Positions 10,804-20,128 of a stretch of DNA of 64,000 nt are shown here, one piece after another. Under the pieces are notes generated by a model that saw only the letters and a program-made list of their open reading frames with translations, made no database searches and had not been told where the DNA came from. The DNA is from Soonwooa sp. GTDB lineage: Bacteria; Bacteroidota; Bacteroidia; Flavobacteriales; Weeksellaceae. The stretch lies in assembly GCF_030151385.1 (NCBI RefSeq), contig NZ_JASLDS010000045.1, positions 19,945 to 83,944 on the forward strand. Reading direction: 5' to 3'. Made by a program: the position numbers and the translations under genes. Positions within the stretch are counted from its first letter, which is position 1, and each line of letters starts with the position of its first letter.

Positions 10804-11913
10804 TTATTTCATAATTCTTTTTAACCAAAATGGAAAAAAAGAACATACAAGTCCTATAATAAATACTATTAAAAACAATAGGTTAATATCTGTATGTCTC
10901 AATAGATACACAGCAACAATAATAATCAAATAACCTACACAAATTACAAAAGTGGATTTTCTATGACTTAATCCCAAATCCAAAACTCTATGATGTAGAT
11001 GATTTTTGTCTGGTTTAAAAAGAGATTGGCGTTTAAAAAGTCTAATTAAGATAACAGAAAATGTATCTACAATTGGTAAAATAAGGATCGTCAAAGCAAT
11101 AATAGGCGCTGATAACAAATGATAGTGCGGAACTAAAGCATCTTTCTTTGCAATAAAAATATCTATAAAATTAATTGCTGTGAAAGCCAATAGGAATCCT
11201 AATATCATAGAACCTGTATCTCCCATAAAGATCTTACTGTTCCTTTGCGAAGACAAATTATATCGTAAAAATGCTAAGACCGCACCAATTATAATGATAC
11301 AAAACACCACCAAAGGATAATTATATTCGCCTAATCTAAAAAAGCTAATCGCAAAAAGCGCACTTGACAAAACGCTATAACCTCCCGCAAGCCCATCAAT
11401 GCCATCAATAAGATTAAAAGCATTAATCAAAATTATAAAGGTTAGAACACTAAAAAATACACTGAAATAGTAATTGAGTTCTTCGATGCCAAATAATCCA
11501 AAAAAACTTCTAATTCTAACATCAGAGCCAACCACAACTAATACGGAAACGATGATCTGAGCGATAAGTTTTTTGTAGGCACGCATCACAACAATATCAT
11601 CGGTAACACCTACGAAAAACAAAATCACTAAAGAAGCAAACAAGAACTTGTATTGGTCAAACAACTCATATGCAAAAATTGGTGCGCAGACACCTAAAGA
11701 AAAGAAAATAGCAATTCCTCCCAAATTAGGAATCTTGCGTTCATGAGAACTTCTTAATGTCGGTTCGTCCATCAAGTTTTTCCTTCTAGAAATCTTGATA
11801 ATTGCGGGAATCGTAAAATAGGTCAATAAGAAAGAAATCGCGAATCCAAAAATCATCTTTAAAATAAAGACAGTTTCAAAATCCAGACTCTGTACAAAGC
11901 TTAACTTTCCCAT
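10804..11913 (-). CDS. GT4 (WecA/TagO/MraY-like) undecaprenyl-phosphate sugar-1-phosphate transferase
   Basis: PNLGGIAI, GVTDD, NAFNLIDGIDGLA, FMGDTGS, HLHH motifs; start uncertain (11913 or the in-frame upstream codon). Confidence 0.9.
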   Translation of the reverse strand: MGKLSFVQSLDFETVFILKMIFGFAISFLLTYFTIPAIIKISRRKNLMDEPTLRSSHERKIPNLGGIAIFFSLGVCAPIFAYELFDQYKFLFASLVILFFVGVTDDIVVMRAYKKLIAQIIVSVLVVVGSDVRIRSFFGLFGIEELNYYFSVFFSVLTFIILINAFNLIDGIDGLAGGYSVLSSALFAISFFRLGEYNYPLVVFCIIIIGAVLAFLRYNLSSQRNSKIFMGDTGSMILGFLLAFTAINFIDIFIAKKDALVPHYHLLSAPIIALTILILPIVDTFSVILIRLFKRQSLFKPDKNHLHHRVLDLGLSHRKSTFVICVGYLIIIVAVYLLRHTDINLLFLIVFIIGLVCSFFPFWLKRIMK

Positions 11914-12114
11914 TGATCTTTGTAGTTTTTCATCATAAAATTTGTGTTCAGCGACACTACTCCATAGTATCTGCCTGCGCAAAAGTACTAATAAAAACCC
12001 AAAAATCTTAACAAAGACTTAAAATTACTTTTATTTTTTCATAAACAATTATCAAACTATCATTAATAAACGAATACTGCTGCGAAAATCAAAAAAATAA
12101 AAAAAATGAAAAAT

Positions 12115-13122
12115 CTATTTTGCAAGCTTCGATAACAATAATCGATGAAAACGAATTGGAACAAAAAATTGAATTAAATAATAAATTCGCTTCGAAATCG
12201 ACAAGCTCGAAAAATAGTTTTCGCCAAAGCGTTTGTAAGCTAATACTTCCTTCTTAGCAATATTTCGGTCTTGCATAAATTTTGACAAGTCTTGGCGCAT
12301 TTGCAAATAATCGGCATCATTTTTAACGAAAGCTAAATAAGCCAAAAACGTATAAACGCCTTCTAAAATTTGGAAATTTTTAAGCTCTATATTTCTTGCA
12401 GAAAAAACTGATTGCTTAAAAGCCACTTCAACATCCTTAACAGCATTTAGAATATCAAGTCCTTTTAAAGTATGTGTTTTGGTAATAGAATCAGTGCGTT
12501 CTAGATATTGATAATGAAAATGTTGCGTTTGCGCAATGGTTTTGCAATTCAGCAAAAGTTGTGGAATCAATTGTATATCTTCAAAATGAATTCCTTTTTT
12601 AAAATTTTTGTTCGAAAACAAATCAGCTCGAAAAATCTTATTACAAGCAAAATAACTTAAATCCGAAAAAACAGAAAAATGCTCATCCAAAACAATTTTC
12701 TCCGGCATATTAGGTATTTGCGTTAGCTTCTGAGTAACATTTCCAAATTGATCCACTTTCTGCAAGTTGCAAATCACCATTTCGGCTTGATGCTTTTGCG
12801 ACAAATCATACATTTCTTCAAACATATTCGGCGTCACATAATCATCACTATCAACAAATCCAATATATTCGCCAGTACAATGTTTTAATCCAAAATTTCG
12901 TGCGTCGCTAAGACCACCATTTTCTTTGGAGAACGCTTTTATTTTATTTGGAAAACGAGAGGCAAAATCATCAATAATCTGTTGCGAATTGTCCTTGCTT
13001 CCATCATTTACGACAATAATCTCGAGGTCAGATAAAGTTTGACTAACAAGAGAATTCAGACATTTTTCTAAATAAACCTCAACATTATAAACGGGAACAA
13101 TTACAGATACTTTTGCTTGCAT
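12115..13122 (-). CDS. Glycosyltransferase family 2
   Basis: VSVIVPVYN, NDGSKD, NGGLSDARN, FVDSDD, FED. Confidence 0.92.
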   Translation of the reverse strand: MQAKVSVIVPVYNVEVYLEKCLNSLVSQTLSDLEIIVVNDGSKDNSQQIIDDFASRFPNKIKAFSKENGGLSDARNFGLKHCTGEYIGFVDSDDYVTPNMFEEMYDLSQKHQAEMVICNLQKVDQFGNVTQKLTQIPNMPEKIVLDEHFSVFSDLSYFACNKIFRADLFSNKNFKKGIHFEDIQLIPQLLLNCKTIAQTQHFHYQYLERTDSITKTHTLKGLDILNAVKDVEVAFKQSVFSARNIELKNFQILEGVYTFLAYLAFVKNDADYLQMRQDLSKFMQDRNIAKKEVLAYKRFGENYFSSLSISKRIYYLIQFFVPIRFHRLLLSKLAK

Positions 13123-13128
13123 ACAAAA

Positions 13129-14199
13129 TTAGTTACGGGTAAAACGTTCTCCCAAATAGCCTCTTTTTGCTTCTTCGAAATCTGAACGCGAGCAAGGAAT
13201 TAAATTGTTAGAATCTTCATCTTCTCCAAAATACCACAGATTTCTGAATGTATCGCGTTGAAAAGCATAACTTTCGTCACCGACCATCACCCAATACGTT
13301 TCGAATTTTCGTTCTTTTGGATGCGTTCTTTGGATATTGATTCCTTCTATCAGATACCAAATCATTTGTGCCAAAAGCTGATGATTCATCCTATCGTCAG
13401 AATAAATATTAAAATTAAAAATCCCGACAGATTTTAGATTTTCACTAAGACCAATTTCCTTCATATAGGCGCAAACTTCGCGTTTGTTAAGCCCATTAAC
13501 TTGTGGATTAATCGAGAAAGGATCCATTCCACTTTCGATGGCGTCACAATTAATCGTCACCAAATCGGTTTTTCTAAAATAAGGTTCAGTACGATCTGTC
13601 GAATTCATCATTTCGGCCAAACGAATCACATCAAACTGAACTTCTTTTATCAATTTTACAGAATCAACTTCGTTAAGATGTTTTTGATAACCAAGATGAT
13701 GATAGTTCTGAATTTCAAAATTTTTGGAACCCAAAATCTTACTCAAAAAGTTACGTTCATTAATTTCTTCACCTTGTGCCAATGACACAATGTTGTTAAT
13801 CTGCGTATAATTTATTTTCTTGTAATGAAAGTCTAAAGCCGAGTAAAGCGAATACGCCAAATCTGTAGAACCGCCAACCACAACTGGAATTGCATGTTTG
13901 TAATGACAAGCCGACAATACTTCTTGTAAAATATAATGCGTATCCTCCAAACTTTTTCCAGAAACCAAATCGCCCAAATCCACCATAGGAATTTCAAAAT
14001 CCAATTTTGACAATCTGTAAAACTCGCGACGAACATTCATAAAATCCTGAACCTCCGCATCACCACGCGCACCACGATAATCCGAAACAAACAACAACAC
14101 AATGCTATCTTCCAAAATCTCGTTGCTAATGTGTGCTCCCAATTGCCATTCTTCGGTTTTTATTGGTTTTGGTGCGATGATAAAATCTTCAAAATTCAT
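13129..14199 (-). CDS. Arginase/formimidoylglutamase-family protein (degenerate metal motifs)
   Basis: DLGD, VVGGS, HLGYQ, NGL motifs of the flavobacterial formimidoylglutamase-like family. Confidence 0.75.
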   Translation of the reverse strand: MNFEDFIIAPKPIKTEEWQLGAHISNEILEDSIVLLFVSDYRGARGDAEVQDFMNVRREFYRLSKLDFEIPMVDLGDLVSGKSLEDTHYILQEVLSACHYKHAIPVVVGGSTDLAYSLYSALDFHYKKINYTQINNIVSLAQGEEINERNFLSKILGSKNFEIQNYHHLGYQKHLNEVDSVKLIKEVQFDVIRLAEMMNSTDRTEPYFRKTDLVTINCDAIESGMDPFSINPQVNGLNKREVCAYMKEIGLSENLKSVGIFNFNIYSDDRMNHQLLAQMIWYLIEGINIQRTHPKERKFETYWVMVGDESYAFQRDTFRNLWYFGEDEDSNNLIPCSRSDFEEAKRGYLGERFTRN

Positions 14200-14210
14200 G
14201 ATTGTTACTA

Positions 14211-14245
14211 TTTACGATTGATGATTTATGATTTACGATTTCGAA
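14211..14245. repeat. Degenerate heptamer tandem repeat
   Basis: tttacga-ttgatga-tttatga-tttacga-tttcgaa. Confidence 0.6.
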
Positions 14246-14254
14246 ATCTAAGTT

Positions 14255-14716
14255 TTACTTTTCTTTTAAATCTTTAAGAACTTCGCGGAAATAATTCGCC
14301 ATCAATTCTCTATCGATTTTGCTAAGGTTGGCTTCTGGATGCTTCTGAATGTAAGACGGCAAAGGCATTGCATAATTTTCCACACTAGTTACACTTTTCT
14401 CCATCATACCTTGCTTCTGAAAATTATTGTAGGTTCCCCATTTTGAAAAGTTAAGTCTTTGACGACCTTCCGAAATATGATCTTTTATCATCCAAGAAAT
14501 TGGCGCAACATAAGCATAATCTGGATATTTAACTTCATTAGAATGACAATCATAACAGGCTACCTTTATCAAATGCTCGACTCTCGAATTGGCTTTGTTA
14601 ATATCAACAAAGTTCTCATCTTTCTTGACAGGCTCATTCGTTCTGTCAACCGGAATTAATTGTATCAATCCAAAAGCGGCAATTAGTATGATTAAAATTT
14701 TAAAAAACTTTTTCAA
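14255..14716 (-). CDS. Haem-binding domain protein (c-type CxxCH)
   Basis: ACYDCHSN, YAYVAPISW, LNFSKW, MPLPSY. Confidence 0.88.
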   Translation of the reverse strand: MKKFFKILIILIAAFGLIQLIPVDRTNEPVKKDENFVDINKANSRVEHLIKVACYDCHSNEVKYPDYAYVAPISWMIKDHISEGRQRLNFSKWGTYNNFQKQGMMEKSVTSVENYAMPLPSYIQKHPEANLSKIDRELMANYFREVLKDLKEK

Positions 14717-16368
14717 TTTCCTTGTGTTTCAGCGTTCAAATCCCATTTTTCATTAATCTCCCACATTGGACGAATATTAACTTTCGTCATTGGGTTTTGA
14801 TCTTTTCCTTTTTTAAATAAATAAACATCTTCTGCATATCTATTTTCTGTAAAAGACGACGTCTCCCAATAGCCATCATCATTATTATCCACCAAAATAC
14901 GAAGAAAATAATCAGCAGGTTTCAAATTCGTAAAATGAACTTGACTGCCTTTCGTATATTCCTGGTACATAACATCGCCTTTTTCATTTAACAATTGTAA
15001 CCAAAAATGCGAGGTCGGCGGATTTAGAATTTCAACTTTTAAAGAACCATAATCGGCTGGTTTCCCAATTTCAAAATCGAGTCGATACGACTTAGCAATG
15101 GATTTATAAAAAGATTTCACAGTTTCTTTCGGAATAGAAAGTTGATAAGATTTCCCAACTTTAAAATCCGAATTCACAATAATATCTTCGCTATTGGTTT
15201 TAGAAATACTTGCTGTAAAACTTTGCGAAATACTATCTGAGGTTAACTTCCACTTGTCTGACTGAATCTCCGAAAGCGCAAAATTAGATTTAATTTTAAA
15301 GACCGTATTTGGTGGCAATACTTTCTCCCCAGTACTCGCCAAAGTCATTTCAACTTTTGGATCGTATTTATAATAAGTAGAAATCGTATCCGTTTTAACA
15401 GAAGTTTTTGCAGCTAGTTTAACATTATCACTTTTTTCAACACCAATTTTCTGCGCCACAGCATCGAACCAAACATATACAGAATCAGATTTCGCCTGAT
15501 GTGTCACTTTGAAATCGGTAAGATTTGGAGAAGCCGAACTAACCTCAACCTTTTCTGGTTTTCCGTCGTAGATCAACACAAGTCCACCGTTAGTCTGCTT
15601 ATATTCCTTGTATTTGACTGCTGGTTTGCTTGGGAAAAGTTTAATCTTCATACCAGAAATATTCTTTTTGTCCTCGATATTAATAACGTCTTTAGAAAAA
15701 GCAAACTTCTCTTTACCATTATCAAAAATCGAGTTTTGATTCAAATCTTCGAAAGCCAAAATTTTGTACTTTCCGGGACTTAAATAATTGAGTTCGAAAT
15801 AGCCATCTGGATCAACATTTGTAATATAGTAAGGCTTTTGACGATAATCCATAGAATCTTTAACTTGATAAAGTCCGACAACATAATTAACATCTTTGCC
15901 CTCGCTTTTCTTTTCTCCCAAAGCATCAATCAAAGTTCCGCTAATATAGTTATCTTCAATCTCGGAACCAGTTGAAAATGCAAAATTAAAATACGGCAAA
16001 GGATTAGCCTCATTAAGATCCGTAATCGAATTTCCGAAATTGAAATTATAAGTTGTATTCGCCTTTAAAGTATCCGACCACTGAATGGACAAAAACTTAG
16101 TCCCAAGATTGGCGGGCAAAATCTTTTTGATATTCTTAATCGGTGGCGAAATAATAAGATTCTTGTTAATATCTTTTAGCTTGATATATTCGTCAAAATT
16201 AATACGCAATTCCTTAAGCGTTGTTGGGACATTAACGCGCGTGGTGTCGATATTGCTCGACAACATTTTTGGAGGAATCGTATCTTTTGCACCACCATTT
16301 GGCGAACCAACACGCGCACAAGAAACGACCAACAAACCGAATAGGAAAAGAAAAAAAATCTTCTTCAT
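14713..16368 (-). CDS. Ig-like (Big_5) domain lipoprotein
   Basis: Lipobox VSCA, PNGGAKDTIPP, FDEYIKL, NFGNSITDLNE. Confidence 0.82.
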   Translation of the reverse strand: MKKIFFLFLFGLLVVSCARVGSPNGGAKDTIPPKMLSSNIDTTRVNVPTTLKELRINFDEYIKLKDINKNLIISPPIKNIKKILPANLGTKFLSIQWSDTLKANTTYNFNFGNSITDLNEANPLPYFNFAFSTGSEIEDNYISGTLIDALGEKKSEGKDVNYVVGLYQVKDSMDYRQKPYYITNVDPDGYFELNYLSPGKYKILAFEDLNQNSIFDNGKEKFAFSKDVINIEDKKNISGMKIKLFPSKPAVKYKEYKQTNGGLVLIYDGKPEKVEVSSASPNLTDFKVTHQAKSDSVYVWFDAVAQKIGVEKSDNVKLAAKTSVKTDTISTYYKYDPKVEMTLASTGEKVLPPNTVFKIKSNFALSEIQSDKWKLTSDSISQSFTASISKTNSEDIIVNSDFKVGKSYQLSIPKETVKSFYKSIAKSYRLDFEIGKPADYGSLKVEILNPPTSHFWLQLLNEKGDVMYQEYTKGSQVHFTNLKPADYFLRILVDNNDDGYWETSSFTENRYAEDVYLFKKGKDQNPMTKVNIRPMWEINEKWDLNAETQGN

Positions 16369-16436
16369 TATAGTATTTATACTGCAAAAATAAAAAAACT
16401 AAAACGGAAAACACGTTTTAGTTCTTTTTATGATTT

Positions 16437-17714
16437 TTATTCTGAATAATTGCCGTGACTGACATTGGTAGAATCCGCATTTTCGTTGGTTGGTTGTTCA
16501 CCCGTCATTACTTTGTTAAGCTTATCAACTTCAAAAGGAAATGGCTCAAACATTCCTGACAATGCCATCGCAGAATAGACACGCTGCGAATATTTGTTAC
16601 CAATAGCGATTATCGTTGTTTTTGATTTTAAAAGATGAACAAAAACCGCATTGCTGCCATGCCACCAACCATTATGATAAGTCAATTTTTCGCCATCGTC
16701 AAAGATTTTCATTCTAAAACCAATTCCGTAATTATTGATTCCTTTTTTCTCGTTGCTATAAGGTTCGAAAATTTTATCTTTTAATTCTGGTTTCAAAAAG
16801 TCTTTAGAAAACAAAGCAGTCGAAAACTTCAACAAATCTCTTGGCGTTGTATAGACATTTTTATCTCCGTAGATTAGGTCAAAGTGATCAAGCGGATATA
16901 ATTTATTTTGTCCATTATAGAAAGATTGCGAAGCCGTCGGAATATCTTTTTCCTGAAAAATATAAGTATGATCCATTTTCAAAGCTTTAAAAACAATTTC
17001 TTGCATCGCTTGAGGAAATGGCGTTTTAGTAACTTTTTCAACAATTAAAGCCAACATCGCAAAATTGGTATTACAATACATAAAACCTGTGTTGCTCGGT
17101 CTTGCCAACTCTGGCTTGTCACGCTCCAAAATATTAAGAACATCTTGATTGGTCACAAAAGTTTTTTTCAATTCTTCGGGCGCAGGTTTTACCGATTGGT
17201 CAAAATGCTCATATTTGGGAAGTCCGCTGCGTTGCGACAATAGACTGAAAACCGTGATACTGGGATAAGGAAATTTTGGAAAGAACTTTGTCAAATTATC
17301 ATCTAAATTAAGCTTTCCCGCTTCTACCAACTTAAGAACCGCCATCGCCGTCATCGTCTTACTAACCGAAGCAACATGAAGCGGCGTATCTTTATCAATC
17401 GGCATTTCGTTATTAACGCGACCAAAACCTCTGTATTTTTCAACAAGGATGTCATCGCCTTTTGCCACTAAAAAACTTCCGCTAAGATTTCCGTTTTCCC
17501 AAACCGTTTTATAGTAATTATCAATTTGCGAAACAATTTCGGCTTTGTTGTCAAGTTTTCGATCTTCGTCTGTAAAGACTTTATCGAGTTGAACGTTAGA
17601 ATAGTTGGGTAATTTGCTTTCGTAAGTTATATTTTCCTTAGCAGGTTGTTCTTTTTTACAACTAAAAAAAGACATCAAAATCACTAACAAAAATACACTT
17701 TTAGATTTCTTCAT
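16437..17714 (-). CDS. Serine hydrolase, beta-lactamase/PBP-like lipoprotein
   Basis: SVSK (SxxK), YCN (YxN), HNGWWHG; lipobox FSC. Confidence 0.88.
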   Translation of the reverse strand: MKKSKSVFLLVILMSFFSCKKEQPAKENITYESKLPNYSNVQLDKVFTDEDRKLDNKAEIVSQIDNYYKTVWENGNLSGSFLVAKGDDILVEKYRGFGRVNNEMPIDKDTPLHVASVSKTMTAMAVLKLVEAGKLNLDDNLTKFFPKFPYPSITVFSLLSQRSGLPKYEHFDQSVKPAPEELKKTFVTNQDVLNILERDKPELARPSNTGFMYCNTNFAMLALIVEKVTKTPFPQAMQEIVFKALKMDHTYIFQEKDIPTASQSFYNGQNKLYPLDHFDLIYGDKNVYTTPRDLLKFSTALFSKDFLKPELKDKIFEPYSNEKKGINNYGIGFRMKIFDDGEKLTYHNGWWHGSNAVFVHLLKSKTTIIAIGNKYSQRVYSAMALSGMFEPFPFEVDKLNKVMTGEQPTNENADSTNVSHGNYSE

Positions 17715-17820
17715 TGTTCCTTACATTAATTACATTTAACAGAACGGCTAAAGTATGAATTTGTTAAAAAAAATGAGTCACCCGAAAATGTTATTTTATG
17801 TTAAATTAATTACAAAAAAA

Positions 17821-17843
17821 GAAGCTTAAATGATTTAAGCTTC
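17821..17843 (-). terminator. Intrinsic terminator
   Basis: gaagcttaaat/atttaagcttc stem with U tract on the minus strand. Confidence 0.65.
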
Positions 17844-17859
17844 CTTTCTTTTATTTGAA

Positions 17860-18798
17860 TTAAATATTGTAAAGTTTCAAAATTTTATCAACGATAAATT
17901 GCGCTAACTTTTCTTTACTTTGATGTGTCCAGCCTGCGATATGCGGCGTTACAATTACATTTTCAGAATTTAGAAGATATTTTAAATCATCATTTTCTGC
18001 ATCGAGATTTTCAAAAGACGATTTTTCGTATTCCAAAACATCAAGTGCGGCAGCTTTGACTTTTTTAGATTTCAAAGCTTCTACCAAAGCCGAAGTTTTT
18101 AGGTTTTTACCTCGTGCGGTGTTCACGAAATAAAAATCTTTTCCCATTTTATTAATGAAATTGTCATCAATCATATAATGCGTCAAATCTGTCAACGGAA
18201 TATGAAGACTCAAAATATCTGCACGCTTTTGCAATTCTTCCAAGCTAACTTGTGTCGCAAATTCGTCTGATAGATTTGGCAGAATATCATAAAAAATAAC
18301 TTCTACACCAAAACCCGACAAACGTTTAGCAACGGCTTTTCCCATATTTCCGTAGCCGATAATTCCGAAAGTTTTCCCAAGAAGTTCATCACCACGGTTT
18401 TCTTCGCGAAGCCAAATACCATTTTTAACTTCATTGGAAGCGATAAACAAACGATTCATCAAAATCAACAACATTCCCAAAACATGTTCTGCAACAGAAT
18501 CACGGTTACCTTCGGGAGAATTTATCAATTCAATATTTAAAGCTTTAGCAGTTTCCATATCGATATTCTCCATACCTGCACCAACTCTCGCTATGAATTT
18601 CAGATTTTTAGCATGATTCAGAAAATTAGCATCAATCGGAATTCGACTTCTAATAATAATGCCGTCGTAATTATTTATCTTTTTTAAAACCTCATCGTAA
18701 CTCGAACTAAAATCTTCGTCCAAAACAAATCCTTGCGCCAACAATTGCTCATCTATCAAAGGATGGTTTTTGTCTAATAATAAAATTTTTGCTTTCAT
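17860..18798 (-). CDS. D-isomer-specific 2-hydroxyacid dehydrogenase
   Basis: GIIGYGNMG, NTARG, LDV, TPHIAG. Confidence 0.92.
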   Translation of the reverse strand: MKAKILLLDKNHPLIDEQLLAQGFVLDEDFSSSYDEVLKKINNYDGIIIRSRIPIDANFLNHAKNLKFIARVGAGMENIDMETAKALNIELINSPEGNRDSVAEHVLGMLLILMNRLFIASNEVKNGIWLREENRGDELLGKTFGIIGYGNMGKAVAKRLSGFGVEVIFYDILPNLSDEFATQVSLEELQKRADILSLHIPLTDLTHYMIDDNFINKMGKDFYFVNTARGKNLKTSALVEALKSKKVKAAALDVLEYEKSSFENLDAENDDLKYLLNSENVIVTPHIAGWTHQSKEKLAQFIVDKILKLYNI

Positions 18799-18849
18799 AT
18801 CATCTTCATTTTTAGTGATAAAAAAACGGAAGATAAATCTTCCGTTGTA

Positions 18850-19371
18850 TTAAATTTCTCCAGCGAATAATTTTTTCAACTCAATAGAATCTGTCGCTTT
18901 CATTCTTCCCGAAAGAATTAATGACAATTCTTTTCTGCGAAGCGCCGCGTCAAATCTTTTAACCTCTTCCTCCGTTTCTGGCTCAATTGCAGGAATCGGA
19001 ACTGGTTTATTAAACTCGTCCACCGCAACAAAAGTATAAATACCTTCGTTAGTATGGATTTTTCTTTGGTTAATTGGATCATCTAACCAGACGTCCACAT
19101 AAATCTCCATCGATGTAGAAAATGCGCGGCTCACTTTAGACTCCAAAACCACAATCCCTCCTTCTGGAATTGGATGATTGAAAGAAACATGATTAACAGA
19201 AGCTGTTACCACACGTCTTTCGCAATGGCGCGTTGCCGAAATTGAAGCAGCACGATCCATTCTCGAAAGTAACTCTCCACCAAATAAGTTTCTTAAAGAA
19301 TTGGTCTCATTGGGAAGTACTATGTTGGTCATTACCGTAAGAGATTCTAACGGATGTTTAACTTTTTGCAT
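18850..19371 (-). CDS. Acyl-CoA thioesterase (YciA-like)
   Basis: NLFGGELLSRMD, VVTASV, FVAVD. Confidence 0.9.
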   Translation of the reverse strand: MQKVKHPLESLTVMTNIVLPNETNSLRNLFGGELLSRMDRAASISATRHCERRVVTASVNHVSFNHPIPEGGIVVLESKVSRAFSTSMEIYVDVWLDDPINQRKIHTNEGIYTFVAVDEFNKPVPIPAIEPETEEEVKRFDAALRRKELSLILSGRMKATDSIELKKLFAGEI

Positions 19372-19374
19372 ATA

Positions 19375-20013
19375 TTATTTGATTGTATTGTTTGTAGGAA
19401 CGGTCAAGGAATCCACCTTGATAGAATCGCTAGGCTTAGCCAAAGTAGAATCTACAACAGCTGGCTTAGTTGGTTTTTTATCAATTTTCGAAAGCTCGGC
19501 GCTATCGAAAGATGCTTTGCCAAAGAGTTTGTCTTTTTGTGTCACTGCAAAATACAGCATACCAGCAACCGGAATGACCACTAAAAATATCCACAAAATA
19601 GACTTATTGAATTTGTAATCTTCATCCGAAGATGGCATCAACTGTGGCGAATCGGCGCCAATTCTAGGCACAACGATTTCTTCGAAACCATAAAAATCAT
19701 TTCCTGCAATTTGCGAATCGGCAACAAAATTGATTTTGCCAGCGAAATTGGTCCACTTACCAATACCTGCCAAATCGTAGTTTCCTTTTTCTAAAAGGTC
19801 TTTTAGGATTTGTGAAGATAAAGCGTTAAACTGATTTTCGGCTTTTTGACCACGGTCAAGATTAAAAATTAATTCCTTTTTTGGAGGCAGAATTTTATCA
19901 TTCTGAACATCCAATTCAGCATGTTTTGTGATTAGAGAAAGCGTCCCCAATCCTGCCAACTCAAGTTGTCCTTGAGCATTAAGAACCTGTAAAATTTGCT
20001 GTGCAATGTCCAT
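19375..20013 (-). CDS. Single-TM protein with N-terminal HU-like (CCDC81-type) region
   Basis: LAGLGT and LAGIGK HU-like repeats, ILPP, one TM; start placed at MDIAQ after TAAATTTG. Confidence 0.6.
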   Translation of the reverse strand: MDIAQQILQVLNAQGQLELAGLGTLSLITKHAELDVQNDKILPPKKELIFNLDRGQKAENQFNALSSQILKDLLEKGNYDLAGIGKWTNFAGKINFVADSQIAGNDFYGFEEIVVPRIGADSPQLMPSSDEDYKFNKSILWIFLVVIPVAGMLYFAVTQKDKLFGKASFDSAELSKIDKKPTKPAVVDSTLAKPSDSIKVDSLTVPTNNTIK

Positions 20014-20128
20014 AATGTGCAAATTTATGATTTTATAACAGGATGGCAAATTAATTATTAATTTATAAAAACAAAAACATCTCATAAAATTTGAGATGTT
20101 TTCGTTGAAAAAATTAATTAGTGTTCAA

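Noticed and set aside
16437..17714. Antibiotic-resistance beta-lactamase
   Set aside because: The motifs only place it in the broad serine hydrolase family, and it is a lipoprotein in a core-gene context
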